Assembly: GCA_001687465.1 (NCBI GenBank)
Contig: LVLI01000079.1
Coordinates: 62,001-126,000, forward strand
Origin: Halocafeteria seosinensis
Taxonomy: Eukaryota
DNA: 64,000 nt
Direction: 5' to 3'
Made by a program: the position numbers and the translations under genes. Below, in pieces: positions 51,965 through 63,051 of the stretch. The notes under the pieces were generated by a model. That model ran no database searches. It saw only the letters and a list, made by a program, of their open reading frames with translations, and had not been told where the DNA came from. Each line of letters opens with the position of its first letter. Within the stretch, counting starts at the first letter, position 1.

Positions 51965-53275
51965 TCACACGTCGAAAATTGGTTCAATGAATTCCGTAAA
52001 TAATTTCGAGTAACAGAGAAGGAAATGGATCATGAGTACAATCTCTTCGGCAGAAATCAGTGTTGCAGTTAGATGACTCACGACGGTGCAGATTGCTAGA
52101 AGAAACGGTCCCCAAACGTAGCTGATCTTCACGGCCTTGCCGATTTCGTCATGGATTGCGTCAGGGTCGTCTCTTCGGTTTCGAATTTCCACTCGGCGAA
52201 ACTGGAAGTCCTGCTCTATGTACTGCTGGCTCATTTTCGGATTTAGTACCAACATGTAGAGGTGTGGCAAAGTGAAGGACACAACTACCGCAAACAATTC
52301 GTATATGAACATTGTGTTGGCAATTGAGCCGAACCAAGGACTGAACGCACCAATCTTGGGGAGTTGAAGAATAACGTAGAGGGTTAAGATAATCGGAAAC
52401 GGGAGCATGTGATCGAAAATGGCGATAGTAACTGGTTCGAACTTCCTGCGGTGGCGGACATACACTTCAGTTACCTTCTGAACGTACCGAGTCCAGAGTA
52501 CGCATGCTACGAGAAGGACAGTGAAAATGATTGATAAAAAGACCTTTCCCATTAAAAGCGAACTTTCCAAAACATCTGTACGAAAATGCTGAGCAGCACC
52601 GGACAATCTCTCACCGAGCCTCCAAAACAATTTGCAAATAATTAGCATCACAATAAACGTGCGGGCAGCTGACCCATACATAAAGACTCCAGCTACTCGC
52701 ATAGTTTCCTCTAGCATAAAAAAAATTAAAGTTGTCCCGACTGTTTGGAGCAATACGATTGCGTAACCGAGTAAGTAGGGATAATCCTGTAAATATGCAA
52801 CTCCTGTAACTGGCAATACTTCTATGACTCTGGTAAAGATGGCTGCCACAGTTGTCACTGCAGCGAGTACGATACCGGCTAATTTCACCAGAGTATCGTT
52901 GAATAGACGATTGTGATTCCTTTCGGCCTGAGTCATTCTTCTAGTATCTTTCCTTATCAAAGGCACTTCAAAGTATTCACCCAGCACGGGTACAAGAATT
53001 TGAGCTGTGACCAATGCAAACAACGCCACACAAGCTGGTGAGCCATAGGGGAATAAAGCGATCGGTGGTAGATCCTTCACTGCCTTAGCTGCTTCAGCTT
53101 GACCTGCCATGGGGATAAAGCAGAAGGAGAGCATCAAAATCAGAATAATGACCGTATGCCATATTCGTCGTGATGTGATGGCTCGAGTACCTTCATGGCC
53201 TTCTGTTCGACATCGGGGTAGAAAGTGCTGAGCCACCCGCGCGATGGGAAACACCCACTTGCCTGAGGTCATCAT
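51965..53275 (-). CDS. Highly divergent Sec61alpha/SecY-family paralogue, intronless
   Basis: About 10 TM segments, collinear with Sec61alpha: IWHT..CFIPMAG (VLWT..CQIPLFG), RLFN..VKLAG (ALFNGAQKLFG), LQ..LEE..YGSA..FI (IQ..LDE..LGSGISLFI), IAIF..FPIIL (IKLF..IPIIL), AIHDEI (SMVHEL), ISAEEIVL..Y..F (GSGTGILL..YFEIF). Confidence 0.8.
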   Translation of the reverse strand: MMTSGKWVFPIARVAQHFLPRCRTEGHEGTRAITSRRIWHTVIILILMLSFCFIPMAGQAEAAKAVKDLPPIALFPYGSPACVALFALVTAQILVPVLGEYFEVPLIRKDTRRMTQAERNHNRLFNDTLVKLAGIVLAAVTTVAAIFTRVIEVLPVTGVAYLQDYPYLLGYAIVLLQTVGTTLIFFMLEETMRVAGVFMYGSAARTFIVMLIICKLFWRLGERLSGAAQHFRTDVLESSLLMGKVFLSIIFTVLLVACVLWTRYVQKVTEVYVRHRRKFEPVTIAIFDHMLPFPIILTLYVILQLPKIGAFSPWFGSIANTMFIYELFAVVVSFTLPHLYMLVLNPKMSQQYIEQDFQFRRVEIRNRRDDPDAIHDEIGKAVKISYVWGPFLLAICTVVSHLTATLISAEEIVLMIHFLLCYSKLFTEFIEPIFDV

Positions 53276-53517
53276 TCATGGATATCTTACCACGTATGTC
53301 CCAATCCATCAATCAATCCGTCCAACTCGGCTTTCTAGCCAGTACCGTAGCCGGTCCGTAGGTATAGGATTAACTGTACACCTTCACAAACACTTCAAGT
53401 ACAGAGCCCAAGCACGAACGGTGTCAAATGCTCTAGGTTTGTCTCGGGATGACTGTTCACTTTCAGAAGTAGTTCTTGAACCGTGGAAGACTTCACTGGA
53501 AGTGGGGATCGTGTAAC

Positions 53518-55394
53518 ATGATGTCCGGGGTCAGCAGGAGAACGGATGGCCGACATAAAAAGGGCCGTAACTTTATCCCCAGTCAAGGGCCATCCAAACT
53601 GAAATGTGCTGGTTATTTTATAGCGTTTCTGATGGCAGTAATGGCTGTGTCCTCGATTGTGAGGATGCTCAAAGGTCAAACGAAGACCAGCATATATGAC
53701 GACGATGATACACAGGGAGGGGCAGAATCACGGACACGAGAAATGATGCGTGGACATAGACAGCAACAGAAGCAGGATTGCAACTGTGAAAAGTCTACGG
53801 TAAACACGAATAGTAGAGTAGAGAGCGAGAGGAAGGGCGAGAAAGGTGGTGGGGAGGATGCAGACAAAGGGGAATGGCAAACGCCCCAAATTGAAATGGA
53901 ATCACATTACAAACGAGGTATGACAGGTAGTAGAGTTACGTACGTCTTTTTTTTAAATTTGCTACCACGAAGTGTGTCCTTCACTGCAGTTTTCGGGGTG
54001 GAACCCTTCGATGAAACTCACCGAAAGCACTGGGAGTTACACAATATCCCGACAGATCACTGGTATCAAAAGGCTAGAGAAGACGTAGATAAATGTGATT
54101 TGCGAATTCCGGACCCAGACCATGCGGCGTACACTGATGAAACAACAGTCGTCACAGCACTGCTAGATCTGAAGCGAGGTGAGAAAGGGAACGGAATGTT
54201 CCAACGCAGCATGAAAGAATACTTTCAGCGGTTAGACCGCATTCTCGCAAACAAATGGCCCGTTGTAAGTTTCGTTGCGGAAACAATATCTGTTGGTGCA
54301 TCTTTTCACTGTTCCGCAATGTTTGTCAACCAGGTAGTATTTATCCCTGAAGACTTTGCCCAGGAAATCCATCCACACAACGATCGAACTCATATAATCC
54401 CGTTCGATATGGAGAAACTCAAGAAATTCTTCCCCTATTGGGACCGAGTGGAGCAAATCCGTTTGTCGTCACTGTGGCAGGCACAAGCCAAGGCAATTGG
54501 TATGTATCATATCACTGGTTGTGGGATTTAGCTTTTATCGTGATTTCTGCATTTCTCTTCAGGGTGGTTGTATGATTCCCCTCAATCGAGGTTGCAAGGG
54601 TACAATCCGTTGGTAATGTCGAAAATCCTGTTCCTCCGCGAGGGTGCTCGCTTGAATCCCTTCAAGACTAAGAACTTTATGTTTTTAGACGCTGGACACA
54701 TGTGTGCCACGGAAATCAAGCCCGGTGAAATACCGACTTACGAGGAGCACTTTGATAAGGTTAGTGAAGAGGGATTAGCACGAAGGATCCACCGTAGTAT
54801 TTCATTTCTGTTTCTGTGATGGCAGTTCATGGTGACACATTGGCCCTATGGGACTACTACGGAGGTGCATGGCTTTACAGATAAGGCCATGCATATGTAC
54901 ATGAACACGAAGTCTGACCCGCTTCAGATAGTGCGAGGAGGGTAAGTTTCGTGTGGAAGACTTTGTGAGCCTACGGTCGAAGCAGCTAACCAATTCTTGG
55001 CTGCAGAATCTTTGGAGGGCAAAAGCCATACATTGAATGTGTAACGAAGGTTTATCTAAGAATACTGGCTCAAACGCTTCAAGATGGCTACATGGGAACC
55101 GAAGAAAACATCTTCGCAATCGCAATGAAGAGGTATGTCCGTGGAGGAAGTCATGTTTCCAAAAGCCAGAGATTATACGTTTCTCTCTTGTTCCTGGTTA
55201 TTTTCAGATTCCCAGAATTGTTTCATGGCTATGATAATAATCAGCGAGGTAATCACGGCGACAATTGTGCCTCGTTTGCTGACAATCTCGAGCGAGTCAG
55301 AGACGCCAAACGAAAGGGTGGTTGGGAACCTAAGCCGTGGATCGACAAGTACGAGACTGGAAAATATAAACCGGGTGATCAAGTCAAGCCTTAG
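53518..55394 (+). CDS. Type II membrane HtrL/YibB-like putative glycosyltransferase
   Basis: Single N-terminal TM and stem; TTVVTALLDLKRG..RSMKEYF, YNPLVMSK..A..NPF.T..F.FLDAG, MGTEENIF. Confidence 0.65.
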
Positions 55395-55727
55395 GAACCA
55401 ACTGGACATATGACCTTGTGTTGTTGGAATCTTATTTCGAATCTACAAACTTATATAGAAGGAAGGGTCTCACAGATTTCTGGCGCATCCGAAACTTTCG
55501 TGACGCTTGAAGGTTCTCAGTATGTTCAACTATACTATGTTGTTGTCTATTATATTCAGAACTTTTTCTGAGGTTTTGATGGCATAGAGAGAGTAGATTA
55601 AAACAAAAATATGTATAAACATTTTTTGATAGCGCCAGAAATTATACGTCATGCACTGAAGAAACGATAGACGAGTTACTCCCGCGTTAGTTGGCAGGGG
55701 GGCACCCCGGGTAGAACGCAGTCTACG

Positions 55728-57880
55728 ATGAGTTCGAACGTGTCTGCACATCGTTCGAAGGGAGGGCGATATACAGGAAACAGTACTTCATTCGCCCCGT
55801 CGAGACGCTTGGCGCCACGACCGCCAGCGTATGAACATCCTAGCCGGCAAAATGGAGGGCCTCCGGGAGAATGTATTCATGACGGAGCACCTCACAGAAT
55901 AACCCCACGCCCTCCATCGCAGCTAGGACACCGGCATCAGAGTTCTTCAGCGTCCGCATCCACCTCATCGTCCTCTGGAACAGGGGCAGCAGCTTCTGGA
56001 GTGTCGTCATCGAGAGTACTCAGCCAGCAAACCTCCTCTAATCGAACAATTCGCAGCAGCATGAGTACAAGCAGTGGTGGCGAGGATATTACTACTGGAA
56101 CCAACGGTGATGAAACAAAATTCAACCGCCACAGTTGGTCGAGGGGACCTCAACAAAATAGTCAGACTAATGCCGTATTGAGGTACCGTGAACCTTGTGT
56201 GTTGAGAGCACCGGAAGCGTCCACAACGACGCAGGGGGGCTATCTCAGAGGAGTAGGGGGCTCGAAGACTACATACGCAGCTCTGGGAGATGCCAATGCG
56301 ACCGCTGTTTTAGCTTTCCACCATCCCGAAAAACTCATGACTTCGTGTTATGAGACCTCACAGATGTATGTAAAGGCCACCCATAATCCACTGCTGTGTG
56401 GCAAGGTATCGGCAGCTACCGTCTCCGAAAGTCCTACCGAATGCGAAGGTGATGAAGAGGCTGCGGGCTTTGGGATAAGCGGAAGACAACAGGACGAAGG
56501 CACATACTGCTCCTATCATCAACCTGTGTGTGTATATATGAATGTAGATTCCGGCAAGTATTTGAGCATGGATAGTAAAGGTGTTGAACTGAAGAGGCCT
56601 GAGGATGTAAGGAAAAGCAAGAAGAAGCGAGAGATCCAGTTCTATGCACGCCCATTCCAGGGCACAGAAGAAATGGTTTTCGCAAGATCTGATGCTAAAA
56701 TTTTGCTTGGTGACTCTATACTACTGGAGTCTGTAAGGTATCCAGGCGTCTTCATATCGGGGGAATGGGAAAACACTTGCGACGACATTAACAATTGCGT
56801 TCCACTGGGAAAGACCACATCGGAAATGTCAGCTCTGATAGTCCGGCCGCACCTTGCTCCCTTAAATATACTGGTCAAACTACGTGTAGGCTCCGGTTCA
56901 TCGACTTCTGATAATCAGCCGTACAATGGTCGTAGTGGAGGTTCCGGAGACAGAGAAGTTGACCAGCGCGCAGAAGATAGTTATTTTGAGGCAGATGTAG
57001 AGGACAGGGTCGCGGTAGAATTAATGAAGTAAGCTATTTTGAGTTCTGTGCTTGTATTCATTTGTGCCTTTTGCTACCTTACACTTTGCGACTGATTCTC
57101 TCCAGACGATTACCGGAGTCTCTGGTACAATATATTTTTACATTTCGACGGGCATGGCTTCAGACGTGTCGGCTAGTATCGAAGTCTTGGAGGAACTTTG
57201 CAGAAGAGCGGGTGACACGGATTTCAATTAGCAGTAGCTTCTTCGGAGGTGTGTCAACTACACGTAGACGAGCTATGAAGCCATATCAAGGCTTTGTATC
57301 CCGGTGTCACTATGTTAAAGTTCTGGTACTTCAAGGGATTGATCCTCTCTCTGAGGTAAGTAGGAGAACCAAGGAGTTCATGTGTTGGTGAAGAAAGTAG
57401 CTGATGTATGTGCAGGGGGCTGCTGAAGATTTGATAGAGTGCAAATCACTCCGGGTACTTTCAGTTGGGGTAAGCTGTCAGTTACAGAACGCGTTGAAAC
57501 CTCTCTGGTGTTTACCTGTAGAGTTTGCTCTCTCTTTATCGTTTCAGGGATGTAGTCGCTTGGGAGATGGTTTTGTCCAGCGAGTTGCTGAAACGCAACC
57601 TTACCTCAAGACGTTAAATCTAGCGACGACCTTGACGACTGATTTTGGACTGGAAATGATATCAGACGGTTGCCACGATCTTGAATCTCTGAACCTGTAC
57701 GGCTGCCAGGGAATTACGATAGTTGGTATTGAAAGGTTGCTAGAACTGCCAATGCTGAAGACGCTGAATATAAGAGGGACGCCCCTCTCCAAGGAGGAAG
57801 TAGAACACCTCCGCAACCTTGCCCAGCAGCGCGAAATAACGTTGTTGGTAGGTCCGAAGGTAGGGGACACCATATACTGA
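55728..57880 (+). CDS. F-box/LRR protein with a low-complexity N-terminus
   Basis: F-box LPESLVQYIF...CRLVSKSWR; Cys-containing LRRs (LESLNLYGCQGIT). Confidence 0.75.
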
Positions 57881-57887
57881 GGTGTCA

Positions 57888-58550
57888 TCAGCCATTCGCA
57901 GTAGTACGTCGTTTCGATCCCCTTTGTTGAGCATCCTCATTGAAGAGCTCTTCCCGAACTTTTCTTTGCTCTCCTTTTTCTAGTTCGCTGGACCTAATGT
58001 ACAAATAAAGTGTTTTTTTCGCCATAGGGCAATGTGTCTTCCCTCGCGAATTGTTCGTTGCTTCTTGACCAGACTCCTCCAGGACACCTAAATCCACCAC
58101 TTCACACGGCATTATGTTGTCTCTCATTTCGAACTCACAGACCAACGGAGGTGAGTACAGGTACGGCGTGTCCTTGAAAACTCTATTCTGGGTGACGAAC
58201 CCGCAATGCGTCAAAGACGACGAACCGAGAGTCCCTCTGGGTTTATGAGACGACCCTCGCCCACGGGAACTGGGTTCTCGAAGGTCAGGTGCTGGGAACT
58301 TTTCGTCATCTTCGTCAGCTCCTTTGGCTTCGGGAGGGAATGTAGCTCGAGGGTTACGGTTGATTAGTCCTCGTAATTGCTCCACGAAGTCCTGACTGTC
58401 TGGTTTGAGTTCGGAGTAGTGCTTGCGCAGAATATACACCTTGACGGGAAAAATGACGGATTCGGTTGAGGAGGAGGGGGAGGTGGAAGTCTCACCAGTG
58501 GCTGTACGTGGAGTTAGACGGAAGAAATATAGACGCCGACTCGTATACAT
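57888..58550 (-). CDS. Hypothetical protein, 220 aa
   Basis: Uninterrupted ATG-initiated ORF whose stop abuts the convergent neighbour. Confidence 0.65.
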   Translation of the reverse strand: MYTSRRLYFFRLTPRTATGETSTSPSSSTESVIFPVKVYILRKHYSELKPDSQDFVEQLRGLINRNPRATFPPEAKGADEDDEKFPAPDLREPSSRGRGSSHKPRGTLGSSSLTHCGFVTQNRVFKDTPYLYSPPLVCEFEMRDNIMPCEVVDLGVLEESGQEATNNSRGKTHCPMAKKTLYLYIRSSELEKGEQRKVREELFNEDAQQRGSKRRTTANG

Positions 58551-58783
58551 TGCGAAGATTGGGGAAGAGGGAAGAACTTAATGATTTATTCAACAAGACA
58601 AAAGTGTACGACGGTCGGTGCCGTGTCTTACCCTCTCAACCGGGCCATCCGGGCCGGCGGATGATCCGGCCCTGCCAGGGCGTTCCGGGACACCGTTCCC
58701 CTGCCACGCTTGCGGCAGACAGGGTCAGGCTGTCGCGCCCCTGAAGGACGAACACGCTTCGAAGTCTTCGAGTTACTCGGAAA

Positions 58784-60133
58784 CAGGCTGGGACAAATCT
58801 CCCTAGTGTAATCAGGGAGACTGGGGAGTCTCCGAGACTGTCTCCCCACTGGCCATTTGGGGTGATGTACGAAAAATTGTTATATATCCATTATGAGCAT
58901 TTGTCATTAATCTATTGCCATCTCACATTACTTAATACATTATTTTAAGGCTGTATGCACCTTTATTTGGGCCTGTATTATCTCGTAAGTGGCACAGGGA
59001 ACATGCCTGCTACCCGCGCCAGCGCCGGTCGCTCCAAGGGCGAAAAGCGTGGCCGCCATAGTAGTGATACAGATACTGAGCAACATGCTACGTAACAGTA
59101 AGATTATCTTGATGAATTTGGGGATATTATTGAAGCAGAGGAAAGGAAGACAAATGCTGATTCCGACCGCTGTAGCGACGGAAGACGTGGAGGAACTCAA
59201 ATATAAACTCAGCAGTCTGTTCGACTTATGGAAGGTGATGCGGGCCAAGGGCTGGTTCGACATGAAACCACTGGTGTTACATTGAAGGAAACACAAGGAA
59301 GGAGTATGTGTCCGCGGCGTCGACAATTTCAATAGGGACCAGGAATCCAGGATTTGCTGAGCTAGCTAGACGACTCCTCAAGAAGTTCGAAACATATGTG
59401 GAACCAGCCATAGAGGTCTTGCCCAGACAGAAAAAATGCTTTGTACTGCTGAAGAAAATTGATTATGAAGAATGTGGTTCTGAATGCGATGTCAGTAAAA
59501 TCGTCTGGACCACTTTTGTTTTCGACGAGGAACTGAAGCCTCCACCGATTTACCACCAAAGAACAAGCGAAAGATCATTGGACCAAACAGCTAGAAACAG
59601 GCAAAAAGGAGCATAACATGGAAGGAAGGAGCCTAGAACAAGTGATGTTGAGATACAGTATCTCACTATAGGAGTGAGCAACGCCACAGTAGAGCGAGCT
59701 TTCGCAGGTCAAGAACCGAACGGAAGATCCGCAGGCTTCTCTACGATAAAATGAGCTTACTGATGGTCGTGTAAAATCCGCAACAAATTATGAGATGATA
59801 CATGACATGGTGTACGATTTTCATAAGAGGTTGCTCTTCTGTCTCCCGGTCGACATTCTGCGAGTGTGGAAAGTGCGGAACCAGAAATTCCAGAAGGCCA
59901 CGAGTAAGATGTTTAATGACTCTATCCTCCGAAAATGTTCAATTTTACACAATTTCTGTTATCTAGAGTCTATATGAGGTGTTTACATGGGCCATAAAAC
60001 CATAAAATAGTACATTTTGGTCCGAGAACCGAAATTTCCCCTTGCACACCCAAGAAATCTGTGAAAACCCCGGGCCGGATCTCCCCAGACCCCGATTGGG
60101 GAGACGAAAAGTGGGGAGATTTGTCCCAGCCTG
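58784..60133 (+). mobile_element. Internally deleted hAT DNA transposon with perfect 20-bp TIRs
   Basis: caggctgggacaaatctccc at 58784-58803 and its reverse complement ending at 60133; hAT dimerization remnant YLTIGVSNATVERAF at ~59658-59703. Confidence 0.85.
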
Positions 60134-60294
60134 ATTGGGCTCTGTAGCATGTATTGCTAGCCGATATGTGGAATATAAAACGGTATATAAAGGGAAACTA
60201 GGTAGACACCATTGTTATATATCAGGAGAATGCAGAATACTTCGTTGCGTACAGAAGTTCCTTGCCGTTTATTGAACTGCGCGCCATGAAACTC

Positions 60295-60552
60295 AAGCAT
60301 TGGAAGATGGCGGATACAGAAAGTGCAATTCAGTAGGAGGGTAATAGTGCTTGCCTTACTAGTGCGTCGAAACTTCGAGAGTTTCGTTCATTTCAGATCT
60401 CAGTCCGAGTCCGACGAAATGGGCGCCGTTTGTTGAAATGGGCGCAAGCATTGGAAGAAAGCGGATACAGAAAATGCAATCTTGTAGGAGGATAATAGTT
60501 CTTGCCTCACCGGTGCGCTGAAAGTTCGAGAGTTCGGTCATTTCAGATCTCA
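60295..60552. repeat. Two diverged ~108-bp direct repeats (period ~150)
   Basis: caagcattggaaga...gcggatacagaaa...catttcagatctca at ~60295-60402 and ~60445-60552. Confidence 0.85.
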
Positions 60553-60779
60553 TTCCAAGGGAGGTCTCCTGTTACTCAAGGCTCGCTGTTTTCGGTCGGT
60601 TGTGTCATCTGAAGCAACAGGCTTCAGGAGCTGAAGACCAACAGGGATATAAGACGCATGTGCTGGTCGCAGACAACCTAGACATAAGCGAAGATGAATG
60701 GAGCCCTATTATCCCTACCCAAAACATAGTACGACCATTGGCCGTTACAGATATCATAATTCTGGGAGTCCGACAATGA

Positions 60780-61450
60780 GCAATTTCATGAGAACTAAGA
60801 ACCACACTGGAAGCTGAAATTAGCATGGGGAGCTGGAGTAGAAGTTCAGGCCACGATGAACTGGCAAAGGGAGGTATCCGCGCATATCTCGACATGTCAA
60901 ACACGACCCAGCAAGTGGCAGGAAACGAGCAGGGCCCGCTCGCTCAACACCGCAAGAATCCCCCACCAAGTCTGGCGGAGCGTTTCGAAACGGAACGCGG
61001 TACAGGAAACGATCGGTCTCCCGAATGCATACTACGAAGGGTACTGGGAGAACCGAAGCTCAAGCAAGATGTTGTAGAGAGTGGCTACACGGACCCTGAA
61101 AGGGACGCTAAACCCACAGCAGAAAGCGCTACTTACAGCCCCCAAAGGGACAGAGTAGCCGCCTGACTATACGCATATCAAGGAAAGGGTTTACACTTAC
61201 TGACGCAGAGACATGGTAGCACTGCGTCTACGCCTCAGGCTCCCTCAAACTAACCTATGTACGGAGCCAGTCGGTGGATTATGTGGAGACGGACCCATTG
61301 ACGACCGGCTGCAGCACGCACTGGGATGCGGCAAAAAAGGGAACGCCACACAAACGATTTACCCTCATGGCAGGATAGTATGGAACTTGAAAGCTACTTT
61401 CGCGTGGGCATTTGGCCGTGGAGAGAGGTGCTTGTAGGTGCGCAGAACGA
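60780..61450 (+). mobile_element. Decayed RLE-type (CRE/R2-like) non-LTR retrotransposon fragment
   Basis: ALRLRLRLP....C....CG...DDRLQHALGC...H matches the zinc-knuckle region before the RLE domain; in-frame stops present. Confidence 0.6.
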
Positions 61451-61965
61451 AGGAGAAGTGAGGCACGTCAACTTGATCCGCTCATAATTCGTAGATTATC
61501 AGCGACAGCAGGGTAACCCCTCACCTTCGCGGTAGAGTCTGAGTAGAGGAAACGGACAAAATACGGAAAATGTGAGGGGTCATCACGCGCGATAGAGGCT
61601 ACAAGTGGCTTCAGCGAAGACGCCACCACGGTTCTAAAGAGAGTTTTCAGAAAAGGACCGGGGAGGCACGGGGCTTTCGGGAGCTGATGATAGTCAAACT
61701 GTCTATCACGTTGAGATGCTGGAGCGGTTCCGGGTAGGGTTGACCCCACACGCGGCCTAGCATAGCACCAATACTCATACACTCAAGCTATTCGAGATGT
61801 TTGAAAGAAGCCCACTTGATTTGACACAGTAAGACCATTGGGAGATTCCATACGAGGAGTGAAAAGTCCAGGATTGTTTGCAAGTGAGGAGCTCACGTGA
61901 AGTACGATATTTACATTTTTTGTAAATTTTAATTGTAAATTCTGGCGGGTGATAAATGTACGCAG

Positions 61966-62152
61966 GTGGCTTAATGACAATAAACTGCAAAATCTCCCGT
62001 CGGATGTGTTTCAAGGTTTGAAAAGTTTGCAAGAGCTGTACGTGACCGCCGCACGCCAGCCAGTCGCTTTCCATCCGAATGAATGTATGCTGCATGTGCT
62101 CTTTGTTACTCCATGTGCACAGGAGGCTTAACAATAATAACAGACTGGAATA
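61966..62152 (+). pseudogene. Orphan LRR exons (one 72-nt exon = one 24-aa LRR)
   Basis: CAG|61966-62037 WLNDNKLQNLPSDVFQGLKSLQEL|GTACGT; intron to 62122; the next exon RLNNNNRLE* is truncated. Confidence 0.8.
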
Positions 62153-62339
62153 ATTATAATAATAATAATGATGGTGTTATTATAATAGAGGGGATAGTCA
62201 GGACCGTAAAACTCTAGAATTGACTTTTTTTCCGACCCATAAACTTCATCCTTGCATAAAAATCGGGTGGAAAAGTTTGCTCGGTTGAAAAACTCCAGTC
62301 TTGCCTGGAAAACGGGGGAAAACCTTAGATTTGCTTTTT

Positions 62340-62640
62340 TGCCTCCGAAAAACTCCATTCTTGCAAATTTTTGTTTTGAGAAAGGATTTATCTCAAATTG
62401 GTCGCACGAAATCTTCGTTGTATCAGAGGTTCTTGATACTAACCCAGTAACTTATAAGTTGGTGGATTGGACGGGTGAACCTGTGAAAGGTTCCTCAAAA
62501 GACAGAACTCACCGATACTTCCTTGGTAGAGAAAATTAATTAAAGAAGAGGTAGTAAAGCTTTAGTTAAGTGGCTTGGGTGGGAGTCTCCCAAGTTTGAT
62601 ACATGGGAACCTATTTCTGAAATTAAAAACATTCAAAAGA
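62340..62640 (+). pseudogene. Maverick/Polinton integrase C-terminal + chromodomain fragment
   Basis: FEKGFISNWSHEIFVVSEVLDTNPVTYKLVDWTGEPVKGS, then frameshifted LVEKI...LVKWLGWESPKFDTWEP. Confidence 0.8.
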
Positions 62641-63051
62641 AAACCGCTCGATGACGCCTCGGTCATTGTAGCCAGACTACAAGCGAAATAACATCGCAAA
62701 AACTACATGCTATAGAATTAATTGTGTGTTTGAAGTTTAAGATGTTTTCTGAAGCATCTTATATATGACTTCTTACCATAACCCCAATGACGTTTACAAA
62801 TATATAGGAGATATTCTGAATGGTAATTTACATACTATTTGTTTTTACCCATCTATTCCTGATGATCCCGATTTAATAAGACATTCTATTGAAATTAAAA
62901 ATGCTAAAATCAAAGACTATTATTTTTATCACTTAGCTGATATGAGTTTCCATCTATATATGCTGGTAATTTATCAAGCTGGGACAGCTAAGATAGCGAG
63001 CCGAAATTCTACGCAACACCGCAACGAGAAACCACGTTTTAATCTTAGCAT

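Noticed and set aside
50377..53275. Bacterial insert or contamination (rnhB + secY)
   Set aside because: rnhB has spliceosomal introns, and the channel resembles eukaryotic Sec61alpha more than bacterial SecY.
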